Shown piece after piece: positions 23,871 through 35,504 of a DNA stretch of 64,000 bases (within the stretch, counting starts at the first letter, position 1; the number at the start of each line of letters is the position of its first letter). The notes below the pieces were generated by a model. That model saw only the letters and a program-made list of their open reading frames with translations. It had not been told where the DNA came from and ran no database searches. Position numbers and translations under genes: made by a program. This DNA is from Hypanus sabinus (Eukaryota). The stretch covers positions 146,692,001 to 146,756,000 of the forward strand of contig NC_082715.1 in NCBI RefSeq assembly GCF_030144855.1. Reading direction: 5' to 3'.

Positions 23871-25588
23871 TTTTGTGTTATATCTTATGTTCTGATGGTC
23901 TCATGATTCCTTGATTGAAATCAGAGCGAGGAAATAATAACTCTGAACCTGACTACGACGAACAGATTGGTTTACGGATACAGAAAAGTACGGAAATATT
24001 GCGCAGATCGGGTCTCATCCTGGTCCTGACTTTCTGAAAACGACGTGGTATCTGTTTGCTGAAACACAGAGTGCGCTGCAATGTTATCCGTTGGCCCTGG
24101 TTCACTGCTTGGCGAATTTGCTTTCTGCCCGAGCTACCATTTAAGTTTGAAGTGTGAAATGAAAGTCAGCACAAGGAATAGAGAGCAGTCTAAGTGAATA
24201 GGTATTTCTGAAAACTAACAGGAATCGCATAGATGTTTGTGCTCTTTCAGTAATATGAAGCTCTTTAATTCTCCCCATCTCTTTCTTCTTCTCTCTCCCT
24301 ATCTAACTATATATCTATCCATCTATGTGTGTCTGTTCGGATGTAGGTATTTATCTATCTGTGTATCTATGTATCTCCAGTGTCTACCTAAGTAGCTGTC
24401 TGTCAATTTCCATGCGCATACTCTGTATGAAGTCCCCTCTCTGCCTATCTCTTCTTTATTTCCTTTTCTTTCTTTCATATTTCTTTACATGCTATAGTAA
24501 GGCAGAATGGTGATAATTACATTTATTCGCTGTCAATCAATGGAGGAGGCCCACGGTTGTCAGAGACTGGGGGAGATTTGAAGCATGTTAGGTATATACC
24601 GTTGTTCCGCACTGATGGAGTTTTGCACGATAAATTGTTCCTGTTTCGTTCAGAGCATTGCTGTTGCCGTGCTGTGGCCTGATACCGCAATGAAACTATT
24701 CTACATCCTCCCCAGCCTTATGGCTGAGTGTCCTTGCCAATAGCAGACGTTGGGACAAAATGCAACATTGAGGGTGAAGGTGACGCCTCTGGAATAAAGT
24801 CTGACGATGGTTGGATTGGTGCGAGGTGTGCAAAATAGTGACCGTAAGCAGATTATCATTCTGCAGAATCCTGGTATTATTTTCTAAATGAATGGGGGCT
24901 CCCGGAAAATGCAAGTGCGCTCATTCTTAACTTCCATATAAAGCGCAACAGAGCAACTTTCGTCACTTTCTATTTAATAAACAGCACACAGGGAATTCTG
25001 GACTCCTTAAATTTGGACAGGTGGCAGTGACAATGTGGAGGATGGCGTGACAGGTTACCGATTCTATTTTTCTCTCCACATGTGTCACGTGGCCCTCAAC
25101 CTCTTTCCGTCATTTTTGTATTTATATTTCGGATTCACACGGTACTTCTCGGGTTGACGCAAAACACTTTGGCAGGCCCAATATCAGAGCATGAATTGAC
25201 TTTAACAAACTACATTTACTGCACTCTCCCAGTTCCTGCAGAGCGTGACAACCCATGTTGCCGCTAACCTGTTCTACAATTCTGATGCATGATCAAAAGT
25301 AAACGAAAGCGTGTATAGCGAAAATCGATGAGGAAGCACAAGCCATCTCGGGTCATCATCAGATGGATCAAGAATAAAGCGATTAGAAACGCATTACATT
25401 TGAAGATAATTCACTGATTTTATTCAACGACTACAAAGACTGTATAGGGTATAATGTCAATATCCTTGCCTGTGGTTACCGTTAAAGAATGCACACAAGG
25501 TCGATTATTCCATCTTGAGTTTTGATCAACTACAACAACCTGTCAACTGAATTTAAGGTGAAGTCATAAAAATCAATGTTTTAACTTG

Positions 25589-25594
25589 TTTATT
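25589..25594 (-). terminator. Polyadenylation signal AATAAA of the IgL gene
   Basis: TTTATT on the + strand, about 100 nt downstream of the C stop codon; also present in the duplicate at 12966-12971. Confidence 0.75.
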
Positions 25595-25691
25595 AAAATT
25601 TCGGAATCTTACACATTCCTATCTCTTTGCCACGTGAAAGGAACGAAGAGTGATAACAAATTTCATTGGCTCAGTTTACAGGTTTCAGACA

Positions 25692-26014
25692 TCAGATACA
25701 GCTGGATCTCGCAATGTTTGCCGTGACAGGGTTTGCCTGAGCCTCGTGTTTAACCACGCAGGAGTAACGCTCGTGTGAGTTCCAGTCTGAGGTAGGCAGA
25801 GTCAGGTAACTGCTCGCACTGAATGTGTTGTCTGTCTCCTGCTGGACCGGGCTGGTCTGAATTCCATTCCTTCTCGTACTGCCGTCGACAGTCCACTCAA
25901 TGTCCACTCTGCCGGGATTAAACCCCCTGACTAAGCACACCAGGGTTGCCGTGCCCTTAGCCGTGACCTCCACTGCTGAAGGTGGGAGTAAAGAGACAGT
26001 GGGCAAACGGGGAT
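25692..26014 (-). CDS. IGL: Ig light chain constant exon, type II/lambda (NS3-like)
   Basis: Acceptor ttataaacag at 26015, in phase with J (A+AT = Asn). Reads NPRLPTVSLLPPS...TATLVCLVRGFNPG..DIEWTVDGS...QQETDNTFSASSYLTL..SDWNSHERYSCVVKHE..ANP...IARSSCI* with C1-set Cys/Trp/Cys and a penultimate Cys. The GFNPG/EWTVDGS/WNSHE motifs match elasmobranch type II C regions as I recall them. Confidence 0.96.
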
Positions 26015-26334
26015 CTGTTTATAATAAAACATCAAGAATTAGTAAAAATAGTAACTTTCTTCAGCCAAAGCATCATTTCAATTCCAAATACATTTCGTTT
26101 CGTACTGATATGTTCAATTTGATAACAAGAAACGGGGATAACTGTTCGGAACAAGAACGTTCATCAGACCAGATGTAGCTATTGCATGGCGGGGTGGGGG
26201 TGGAATGAGAAGTAAGAGAGTCACATTCCGTGACTGTCTTTAAAAAGGTAACAATGCAAACTGGTTTAGAACTCCTGTTGAGCATTTTTTACATGTTGTT
26301 TCCGTTATTGTCTCTTCCACAAATGATTTCATTC

Positions 26335-27200
26335 CAGAATCAAAATCAGGTTTATTATCACCGGCATGTGACGTGAAATTTGTTAACATAGCAGCAGCAG
26401 TTCAATGCAATACATAATCTAGCAGAGAGTGAAAAAATAATAATGAATAAAATAAGACATAATAATAAATATACAAACAAATCAATTACGTATATTGAAT
26501 AGATTATTTAAAATGTGCAAAAACAGAAATACTGCATATTTATTAAAGAGTGAGGTAGTGTCCAAAGCTTCAAAGTCCATTTAGGAATCAGATGGCAGAG
26601 GGGAAGACGCTGTTCCTGAATCGCTGAGTGTGTGCCTCCAGGCTTCTGTACCTCCTACCTGATGGTAACAGTGAGAAAAGGACAGGCCCTGGGTGCTGGA
26701 GGTTTTTAATAACGGACGCTGCCTTTCTGAGACACCGCTCCCTAAAGGCTAGTGCCCAAGATGGAGCTGTCCAGATTTACAACCTTCTCAAGCTTCATAT
26801 GGTCCTGTGCAGTAACCCCTCCATACGAGACACTGATGCAGCCTGTCAGAATGCTCTCCGTGGTACAACTAAAGAGCTTTTTGAGTGTATTTGCTGACCT
26901 GCCAAATGGCTTCAATCTCCCAATAAAGTATAGCCGCTGTCTTGCCTTCTTTATGACTACATCAATATGTTGGGACCAGATTCGATCCTCAGAGGTCTTG
27001 ACACCCAGGAACTTGAAGCTGCTCGCACACTCCAGTTCGAAGCCCTCTATAAGGATTGATATCTGTTCCTTCGTTTTACCCTTCCTGAAGTCCACAATAA
27101 GCTCTTTCGTCTTATTGACGTTCAATGCCAGGTTGTTGTTGCAGCACTATTCCACTAGTAGGCGTATCTCACTCCTGTACGCCGTCTCGACACCAGCTAA
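26335..27200 (-). mobile_element. Rex1/Babar-type LINE 3' fragment in the J-C intron
   Basis: MNVNKTKELIVDFRKGK...FKFLGVKTSEDRIWSQHIDVVIKKARQRLYF...CTTESILTGCISV. Confidence 0.85.
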
Positions 27201-27402
27201 GATTCTACCAACAATCGATATTTTACTCCATGATTCACAAAATAATAACTGAGAGTGTAGTTATTGGTTAATTCAACAGACTATCCTAACTCAATAGTCA
27301 TTTAACCGTTACAAGTTCATTTCTATATTCGCATTAAGCAGACAGCGATCACCGGGAGATATGGATTGAAATGAACCAGGGAAAATGAGCCCGTCACGGA
27401 AT

Positions 27403-27549
27403 NNNNNNNNNNNNNNNNNNNNNNNNNNNNNNNNNNNNNNNNNNNNNNNNNNNNNNNNNNNNNNNNNNNNNNNNNNNNNNNNNNNNNNNNNNNNNNNNNN
27501 NNNNNNNNNNNNNNNNNNNNNNNNNNNNNNNNNNNNNNNNNNNNNNNNN
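27403..27549. other. Assembly gap (N run)
   Basis: Run of n. Confidence 1.
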
Positions 27550-28924
27550 TAGTTAATAAGTTGAAAGGTTAAGAAGCATGGGATTTCATTAGGGGTGACA
27601 TAACTTTAGTAACTTTAAAGTCCTATCGATTTAGGGTTCTATTGCCGACAAGTTTGTTTTATCAGAGAGCAATGAGAATAAGATTCGGTTCTGAAACGTC
27701 AAAGTGAGAAAGCATTTCCATGGAATTTGACAATTTAATGAAGCCGCTAAATGGCTTCAACCGAAATTTTAACTCAGTTCCATTAAACAGACAGCGCAAC
27801 GATGGACAGATCAGGCGACGTCTCAGAGAATCCCACCGTAATAACTGAATCCGTGAAACGGAGTATCGTACTGTACTGTACTCTGATGATGCGGCCAAAA
27901 TCGATGTGTTCAATTCTTCGCTGAAATTCATTTTGTTAGAATTTGGTCGCTTTTCTTCGATATCTCACTAAAAAATAATTATTTTTCAATTCCAATTATA
28001 TCATGAGATTTTATAATCAAGTGAGCTGAGTTGTGCGTTGCAGGTGCCAGTCACTACATGGGTACACGACCCTGTGCTTCAGAATCAGAATGTCAAATGC
28101 GGCTGGGTTTCAGGCACCCTTCTTGCGACACCAGAACTTTCCATTTGGATTGTTCCATTTGGACAAATGGGTTAAAGCTAACTACAACGAGAATCACCAC
28201 GACGTACATGTAATAACGAATGTTGCGAAGACGGCTGTTTCAGGAAATATATAACAATACGGAAATAAATTCGGTATAGGACAGCAAGCATATTACGAGA
28301 CAATAGAGACTGACAACTAATACTGTGTATCCATATACATACAGCCGAAGGGGGTTCGACCTGAAATATTGACGTTGTCTCTCTTTCCGCCAATCTATCC
28401 TGCCTTCTGGTCCAATGCATTTTAGATTTCCAAAATTTGCATTTTTCGTACCCACTTCACCTGCGCCAAGAGCGCCTTTTCAGAGGCGTAAAATTAAACC
28501 ACGTAATATGTTTTTAAAAATCCGGTTGCTCGTCACGATTCATACCGAGCTGAATAATTTACCGTGAGAACAGTTGATAACGAAAATCGATAATTAGTTC
28601 CAATCGAAATATTTAGATGCTTTACATATTATTGTGTTTCCTGAGTGTTCAACATTTTTCGAACCTGTTTGCTGTAGATTTTCATGCTCAGACATCGACC
28701 TAAATTCGATGCACTCAATTTCTAGAACAGCACCCGAACGCAATTAAAGTGGCTAAACTTTAAAGCGTTCTGTTTGCCTAGCCTAGTTCTTATCCATGTT
28801 TCGATTCGGAAATACGGACTAAGTTTTAGGAATATAAATATAAATGGCCCTTGGGATGAGGGAGATATCTGAAGTGTTGGGTTTTTGTAACACTCAATTG
28901 TAAGAGCAATTAGTTTTAGTCAAT

Positions 28925-29139
28925 AGATACAAGCGAAATGCTGGAGGAATTCAGCAAGTCAGACAGCATCAACTGGAAAAAAGTACAGTCGAAGTTTCGG
29001 GCCGAGACCCTTCGGCAGGATCTCGGCCAGAAACGTCGACAGCACTTTTTTTCCATAAGTACTGCCTAGTCTTCTGAGTTCCTCCAGCATTTTGTGTGTG
29101 TTGCTTGGATTTCCAGCATCTGCAACTTTTCCCTTGTTT
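28925..29139. repeat. Fold-back Penelope-tail mini-element about 90 bp from the J donor
   Basis: Paralog of 15235-15450 with the same inverted-arm structure. Confidence 0.75.
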
Positions 29140-29227
29140 AAGAATTAGTCAATAAGCACGTTTGTTATTTCCCTTTGTAAACGAGAGCTACGAGCAATCT
29201 TGCATGAAGAAATAATTTTTTACTTAC

Positions 29228-29572
29228 TTCCAATACTCAGCCTCGTTCCTTTGCCGAAGATTATGCCGTTATTCCACATCGCACAGTAATAATCTGCAGC
29301 GTCCTCCGCCTGAACGTTAGGCATTGTGAATGTCGCAGTGTTGCCCGACACTGAGCCGGAGAAACGGTCTGAAATTCCCGGGCCTTTGTAAATGGAACTG
29401 CCGGACCAATAGTATATCAGAAGCCGGGGAATCTTTCCAGGAATCTGCTGGTACCAACTCACAATGCCGCTACCTAAACTGGCGCCAGACATGGTACAGG
29501 TGATTTGAACATTCTGACCCAGAGAGGTGGACTTCGAAGGTGGCTGATTTACTGTGATTTCCGCGTTTGAAT
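29228..29572 (-). CDS. IGL: Ig light chain germline-joined VJ exon (lambda/type II, NS3-like)
   Basis: Acceptor ttttccag at 29573, then open frame EITVNQPP...ITC...WYQQ...DRFSGS...DYYCAMWNNGIIFGKGTRLSIG with conserved Cys/Trp/Cys and the FGXG J motif. GTAAGT donor at 29227. No heptamer/nonamer between V and J. Confidence 0.96.
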
Positions 29573-29708
29573 CTGGAAAAAACGAGACCGAGATCAGAGA
29601 AAACAATAAAATCCACTGACAGTACTGATACGTAGTAAACTGTGGCAGCGACTACCCATTGAATAGCGCTGACAAGAAATCTGCCGCGGATGGAAGTAAA
29701 ATACTCAC

Positions 29709-29757
29709 AAACTGCGCAAAGCACAAGCGCACTGTAAACACGCATCCAGTAAGACAT
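29709..29757 (-). CDS. IGL: Ig light chain leader exon (L1)
   Basis: ATG at 29757 reads MSYWMRVYSALVLCAV + T, then GTGAGT donor at 29708. Phase 1 matches the V-exon acceptor and gives the signal peptide MSYWMRVYSALVLCAVYSNA. Confidence 0.93.
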
Positions 29758-29816
29758 TGCTGTGAAATGACTGGAGCTCCGGCAGGCAACCGCTTCTCAG
29801 ATGTCTCCCCAGCCCA

Positions 29817-29871
29817 CTTATAAACCGGGTGACGAGGCGTCATGTGTATGCCTATTTATGCAAATGAGTCA
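29817..29871 (-). promoter_or_regulatory. IgL V promoter: octamer ATTTGCAT (29858-29865) and TATA-like TTTATAAG (29817-29824)
   Basis: Perfect octamer in the light-chain orientation about 100 bp upstream of the ATG, with a TATA-like box between it and the ATG. Confidence 0.85.
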
Positions 29872-30584
29872 AATCGGAATGTTCCTTGACTCCAATCAGA
29901 AGTTGCCAGATACATGCTGTGTTAAACTATTCCTCATATATTCGGCAGACATAGACCTGCTTATGAGTTGTGTATCGTCGCATGCGTTAATGTTTTATTA
30001 ACTATAAATAGAAATTGAACAGCATTAACCGTCCTCTTCATGATCAATTGAAATTTGTCACTTTTCGTAATTGTAGAAATCACGAATTCCATAACCTTCC
30101 AAGCCCACGCGTGGAAGGCACGAGAGGGTTAATATACTACTCCAAGTTGTATTTGAATTGTTGTAGGATTGTCAATTAATTGTCAATTCTGAGAATCTCT
30201 GTGTACAGTCTGTGCTGCCTGCGGGAGATCCTTGCTGTCTGTGAACCACTCGAAATCACAGGAGATTTTTTCCCCAAACAACAGCAGCAGTAGCACCTGC
30301 ATAAAGCAAAATGTTGTTGCATTTCACTTCAATGCACTCAAAATGGGGCTGCACATTTAACGCACAAACGAGAGGAAATCTGCAGTTGCTGGAAATCTGG
30401 GCAACACAATGGCCTGCTGTCTGGCCTGCTGTGTCTGTGTGGCTGCAGATTTAACTGACACGATTCCCTAAATGCCAGATGCATTGATATGTAATTTTAT
30501 TTTTATTTGATATAATTAATTTCAGAATGCACGAGGACTATTCTGAACACATTTGGACCCCTTAGGATGTGCGGGTATTAGTAA

Positions 30585-31050
30585 AGGCCTGGAGCAAGTT
30601 TAAAATAATGACCCGGAGAATGAAAGAGTTAACGTAGGAAGAATGTTTAATGGCTCTGGGCCTGTACTTGCTGAATTTAGGAAAATAAGGGAGGTGGGGT
30701 GTCCACTGAAATTTGTTGAATATTGAAATGTTCAGATAGAGGGGATGTAGTGAGGGTACTTCCGATAGTGGAGGAGTCTCGGACCAGGGGGCGCAGCCTC
30801 AGAATATAAGGCCGTGCCTTTAGAATAGAGGAATTTCTTTAACTAGAGGGTGGTGAATCAGTGGAATTTATTGCCACAGAGGATTCTGAAAGCCAAGTCA
30901 TTGAGTCAGAGCGTCAAAGGTTCGGGAAGAAGTCAGAAGAATGGGTTTGAGAGGGATAATAAATCAGCCATGATTGAATGGCGGAGCAAACCCTATGGGC
31001 CAAATGTCAGAATTCTGCTCCTATGTCTTGTGTAGTTATGGTCTTATTGT
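30585..31050 (+). mobile_element. CR1 3' fragment, degraded
   Basis: ggaccagggggcgcagcctcagaatataagg...gtggtgaatcagtggaatt..., typical CR1 ORF2 end and 3' UTR. Confidence 0.7.
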
Positions 31051-31224
31051 AGACTTTGAATAGCAAAATCGGTCTGTGCACGAGGAATAAAGACCATTGC
31101 CAGCAAAATCGCCTTCAGATCCGTGACAGAAAAGATGTAATGTCCTAATAATTGCAGATCTTCTCCTTCCCTCTGATAAAATATAAAGGTTATTATTATT
31201 TTATATTATTCAGTATAAGTAAGT

Positions 31225-31830
31225 ACACAGATATTATTGGACACCAACTATACTCTACAAAATAGGGATTGTTGATAATCATTTATGCTGGAAATGTAAA
31301 AATGAAGTGGGCACATATTTGCACATGATTTGGGTGTTCCGTGGTTCGTCCATTTTGACGTAAAGTTCTTGATTTGTTGGGGAATTGGTCGGATCTTACA
31401 CTGCCCTTCTGGCCACGGATTTGTCTCCTGGGTGATAGGACAATGATGCCTAATGTAAACAATGACGAATTTACTATTTGAAAGGTGGGTCTCATCACAG
31501 CTGCAAGAATTATATTGCAAAACTGGAAAAAACCCAGATGTCCCACTGTAAGGGAATGAACTGAGGAAATGGTTAAGATTTAAACATACGAACACATGTT
31601 GGGAAGAATTAACATTGAGGGAAAAGTACAAGACACGTGGGATCAATTTTGGTTGTATGTTAATTTAAACTTAAATTAGAAGTTTTTTTCTGTTTCTTAG
31701 TTTTATATGTTTTCCGGTCATGGGATGGTTGTATAAATATGCTGCACTGCATCTGCTCTATGATATGTTGTGCTGCTTTGTAAAATAAGAATAAATAATA
31801 ATAAATACTTGAATTACAAAAAAAAAATAA
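31225..31830 (+). mobile_element. L1/Tx1-type LINE 3' end
   Basis: Reads NHLCWKCKNEVGTYLHMIW (CCHC knuckle region), followed by aataaa and a poly-A tail near 31790-31830. Confidence 0.7.
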
Positions 31831-34194
31831 AGGTTCAAAAAGTCATACTAGGAAACTTTTCGGAATTCTTTTTGTTAAAGATGCGTCCTGTTAATTAGAT
31901 TCAGGGTGTATGTGTACTTGATGATATTCTAACAACTGGAGAGAACAAGTGAAGATCTCAGAGGAAAACGGCGTGTACTTTTAAAGAGCATAAAAGCCGA
32001 GATTACATGAGAGTATTAATGTAACTCCAGATATTAATAGCAATATGAGACATTTATATCCCACTTACAACAGGAGTACTGGAAAAGTGAACAAACATGC
32101 GAACGGTCTGGACACTGTAGCCGGAGAAATTGCTTCTGGGTTTTTTGGGACTCGATAAGGCTGCACGAGCGTGGGCATTTCAGACCGGACGCAGACATAC
32201 TCCCGAGAATGTTCTTACAATCACCAATATCAGTGGAAGCAATATCGTAATGATAAAACCAGAAAAAAAAAGCTTCGATCAGTTTAGGATTATTAATGCG
32301 CTGAGACTAAAGGTGCGTTATGTTTTGCGTGAGGGAGTTTAAATATATCAACGTCCGCCTAATGGTTTGATCATTTCAAACTACACTAGGGTTTTAAGTG
32401 GAACGGGCAGAAAGAATTGGAAAGGGGAACAGGAAGTGCAATCCAGAGAGAAATTGTAGAATGAAAGAGAATCCAAAACGTTCTGAGTCTATTATTGTAA
32501 AGGTATGAGAATGGAACGATTCAGGAAGATAACGTATAATTATGTAACTCAGGTAGAGGGAACGTCTGATATAATAACCGATTTCCTTGCATTCAGTGAA
32601 GACTAGTCTCAACGCCATTCTCCTGCCTACTTCCCGGAAGCCGGACGCCCTTACTGATCAGGAAAACATCAACCTCCGCTTTAAATATACCCAATGAAAT
32701 GGCCTACACAGCCGTCTGTGGAAATGAATTCCACAGATTACTACCCTCTGGCTAAAGAAATTGTTCCTCATTTCTTTTCTAAAGAGACGCCCTTCTATTC
32801 TGAGGGTACAGACCCTCTGGTCCTTGTCTCCACTTTATAGGAAATATCCTCTGCACATCTTCTCTATTTAGGCCTTTCAATATTCGATAAATTTCAATGA
32901 GATCCCCCCCCCCCGCGTTCTTCTAAACTCTAGCATGTATACGCCCAGAGCCGTGAGACGCTCTTCATATGTTAACGTTTTCATTCCAGGGATCATTCTC
33001 CTGAACCTCATCACGACCCCCTGCAATGCCAGAACATCCTTCCTGAAATAAAGGACCAAAAAATGCTAACAATAATCCAAGTGCGTCTGTTCAATGCATT
33101 ATAAAGCCTCCGCATTCTATTCTTGCTTTTATACTCTATCATATTATGATCACTGCCCCCTAATGATCCATAAAACTTAAGCTCCCTAATCCAATCCAAT
33201 TATCTTTTCTCTCGTGATTCAACCACCCTTAGCACTAAACAGCCGTCTGCTATGCATTTGATAAATTCCTTCCATTGGGATCCAGCACCAGCATGATGTT
33301 CCCAATCTGCCTGCATACTGACATCCCCAACGGTTGCCATGGCAATGCCTTTTTAAATGCCTTTTCTATCTCCCGTTTTAATTTGTAGTCCACATCCTGG
33401 TTACTGTTGGGAGGCCGATATATAACTCCGATCAGGATCTTTTTACTCTTGAATTTGCTTAACTCTAGTCACAAGGATTCGACATCTAACGACCCTATGT
33501 CACCTCTTACTAACGATTTGATATTTTTACCAACAGAGCCACCCAACCCCCTCTGCTTACCCACTTGACCTTTCGATACTCTGTGTATTCTTGTATGTTA
33601 AGCTCCCAGCTATGATCTTCCGTCAGTCACCACTCAGTTATGCCTAAAATGTCATACCTGCCCATTTCTAACTGTGCTCCAAGATCATCTAACTTATTCA
33701 GTATAATGCGTGCATTCAAGTATAACATCTTCAATCCTGTATTGATCGCCCTTTTCAATTGTGACTCCATGTTACCGGAATTTAAATTCTTATCCCTTTC
33801 CAAACTTTTTGTCTTTTTCCAGCACTCCCTTTCTCTATCAGTTTATCCTCACTCTTCTCCTTCAGTTCCTTTGAATGACCGGGTGGCAAAGAGTTGATGT
33901 TAGCGGCGAACCTTAAAACAATGGAAGATAGGCCCAGTATGAAACACTGGGATTATTCAGAAGACCTGAAAGCGTCTGATTTTGTCCTTGCCTTTCAGCT
34001 CTGAAGAAGGCTCGCTGATCTTGCTTGCACTCCTCCAAGAAAATAATCCAGTGGCTGAATCTTCACACCTGGGAACCATGCCATGACATTATCAGACTGG
34101 AACACTTATTTCCACACTCCTATTGGTCTTGGCTACTCCTACTGCTACTACTACGTCGACTCAGGCCAAGGGGGCCGGCGTCAGACAAGTCAAG

Positions 34195-35500
34195 TCTTGA
34201 CAATAAGACCATTAAGATATAGGAGCAGAAGTGGGCCATTTTGCCCATCGAGTCTGCTTCACAATTCCATCATGGCTGATCCATTTTTCCTCTCAGCTCC
34301 AATCTCCTGCCTTCTGCCCGTATCCCTTCATGCCCTGACCAATCAAGAATCCGTCAACCTCTGCCTTAAATATTCGTGAATTCTTCGCTTCCACAACCGC
34401 CAGTGGCAACGAATTCCACAGATTTACCATTCTCTGGTGAAAGAAACTCCTCCTCATCTCCGTTCTGAAATCACGTCTCTCTATTCTGAGGCTGTGTCCT
34501 CTGGTTCTAGGCTCTCCCACCAAAGGAAACATTCTCTTCACATCCATTCTGTCGAAGCCTTTCAACATTCTATAGGTTCCAGTTAGGTTTCCCATCATTC
34601 TTCAGTACTCTAGTGATCACAGTCATCAAACCCACTTCATATGACAAGCCGTTCAATCCTGAAATCATTTTCGTGATCCTCCTTTGAACCCTCTCCAGTG
34701 TCAGCACATCCTTTCTAAGATAAGGGGCCCAAAACTACTCACAATACCCCAAGTGAGGTCTCACCCGTGTTTTATAAAACTTCTTCATTAAATATATCCT
34801 TCATTTTATACTCCAGTCCTCTTGAAATGAACGCCAGCATCACATTTCCCCTCCTCACCACTGACTCGGTCTGCAAATTAATCTTTAGGGAATCCTTCAA
34901 AAGGACAGCCAAGTTCCTTTGCGCTTCAGATTTTAAAACATTTCTCTCCAATTAGAAAATCATCTACCTTTTATTTCTACCAGCAAAGTGCATTGATGAT
35001 ACACTTCCCGACACAGCATTCCACCTGCCACTTCGTTGCCTTTTCTCTTAATCTGTATAAACCCTTTTGCAGCCTCTCTACTTCCACTAAATACCTGTCC
35101 CTCCATCTATCTTCGTATCGTCCAAGAACTTTGCAACAAAGCCATCAATTCTGCCATCCAAGTCATTGACATATAACGTAAAAGGAACCAGTCCCACCAC
35201 AGACTGCTGTGGAGCACCGCTAGTCACCGGCAGCCAACCACAAAAGGCTCTCTTTATTCCCACTCTTTTTCTCCTGCCAATCCATGGTAGAATCTTCTCT
35301 GTAATGTCATAGGCTTGTAGTTTGTTAAGCGGCCTCATCTGTGTCATCTTGATGTCTTCTGTCTATCCTGTCTGTTAATTCTTCAAAGAATTCCAACAGA
35401 TCTGTCAGACAAGATTTTCCCTTGAGGTAACCATTCCCTTGAGTACCCTGAGACCTCACCCTTAACAATCGACTCCAACATCTTCCCAAGCACTGAGGTC
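34195..35500 (-). mobile_element. CR1 RT/3' fragment
   Basis: GWLPVTSGAPQQSVVG...YVNDLDGRIDGFVAKFLDDTK; RMFPLVGEPRTRGHSLRI. Confidence 0.85.
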
Positions 35501-35504
35501 AGAC

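Noticed and set aside
25600-25640. Cryptic RSS (CACGTG) at the C-exon deletion breakpoint, suggesting a RAG-mediated Kde-like deletion
   Set aside because: No nonamer at 12 or 23 bp spacing (aatgtgtaa / ttccgaaat) and no partner signal at 26013. A 2-nt microhomology explains the junction.
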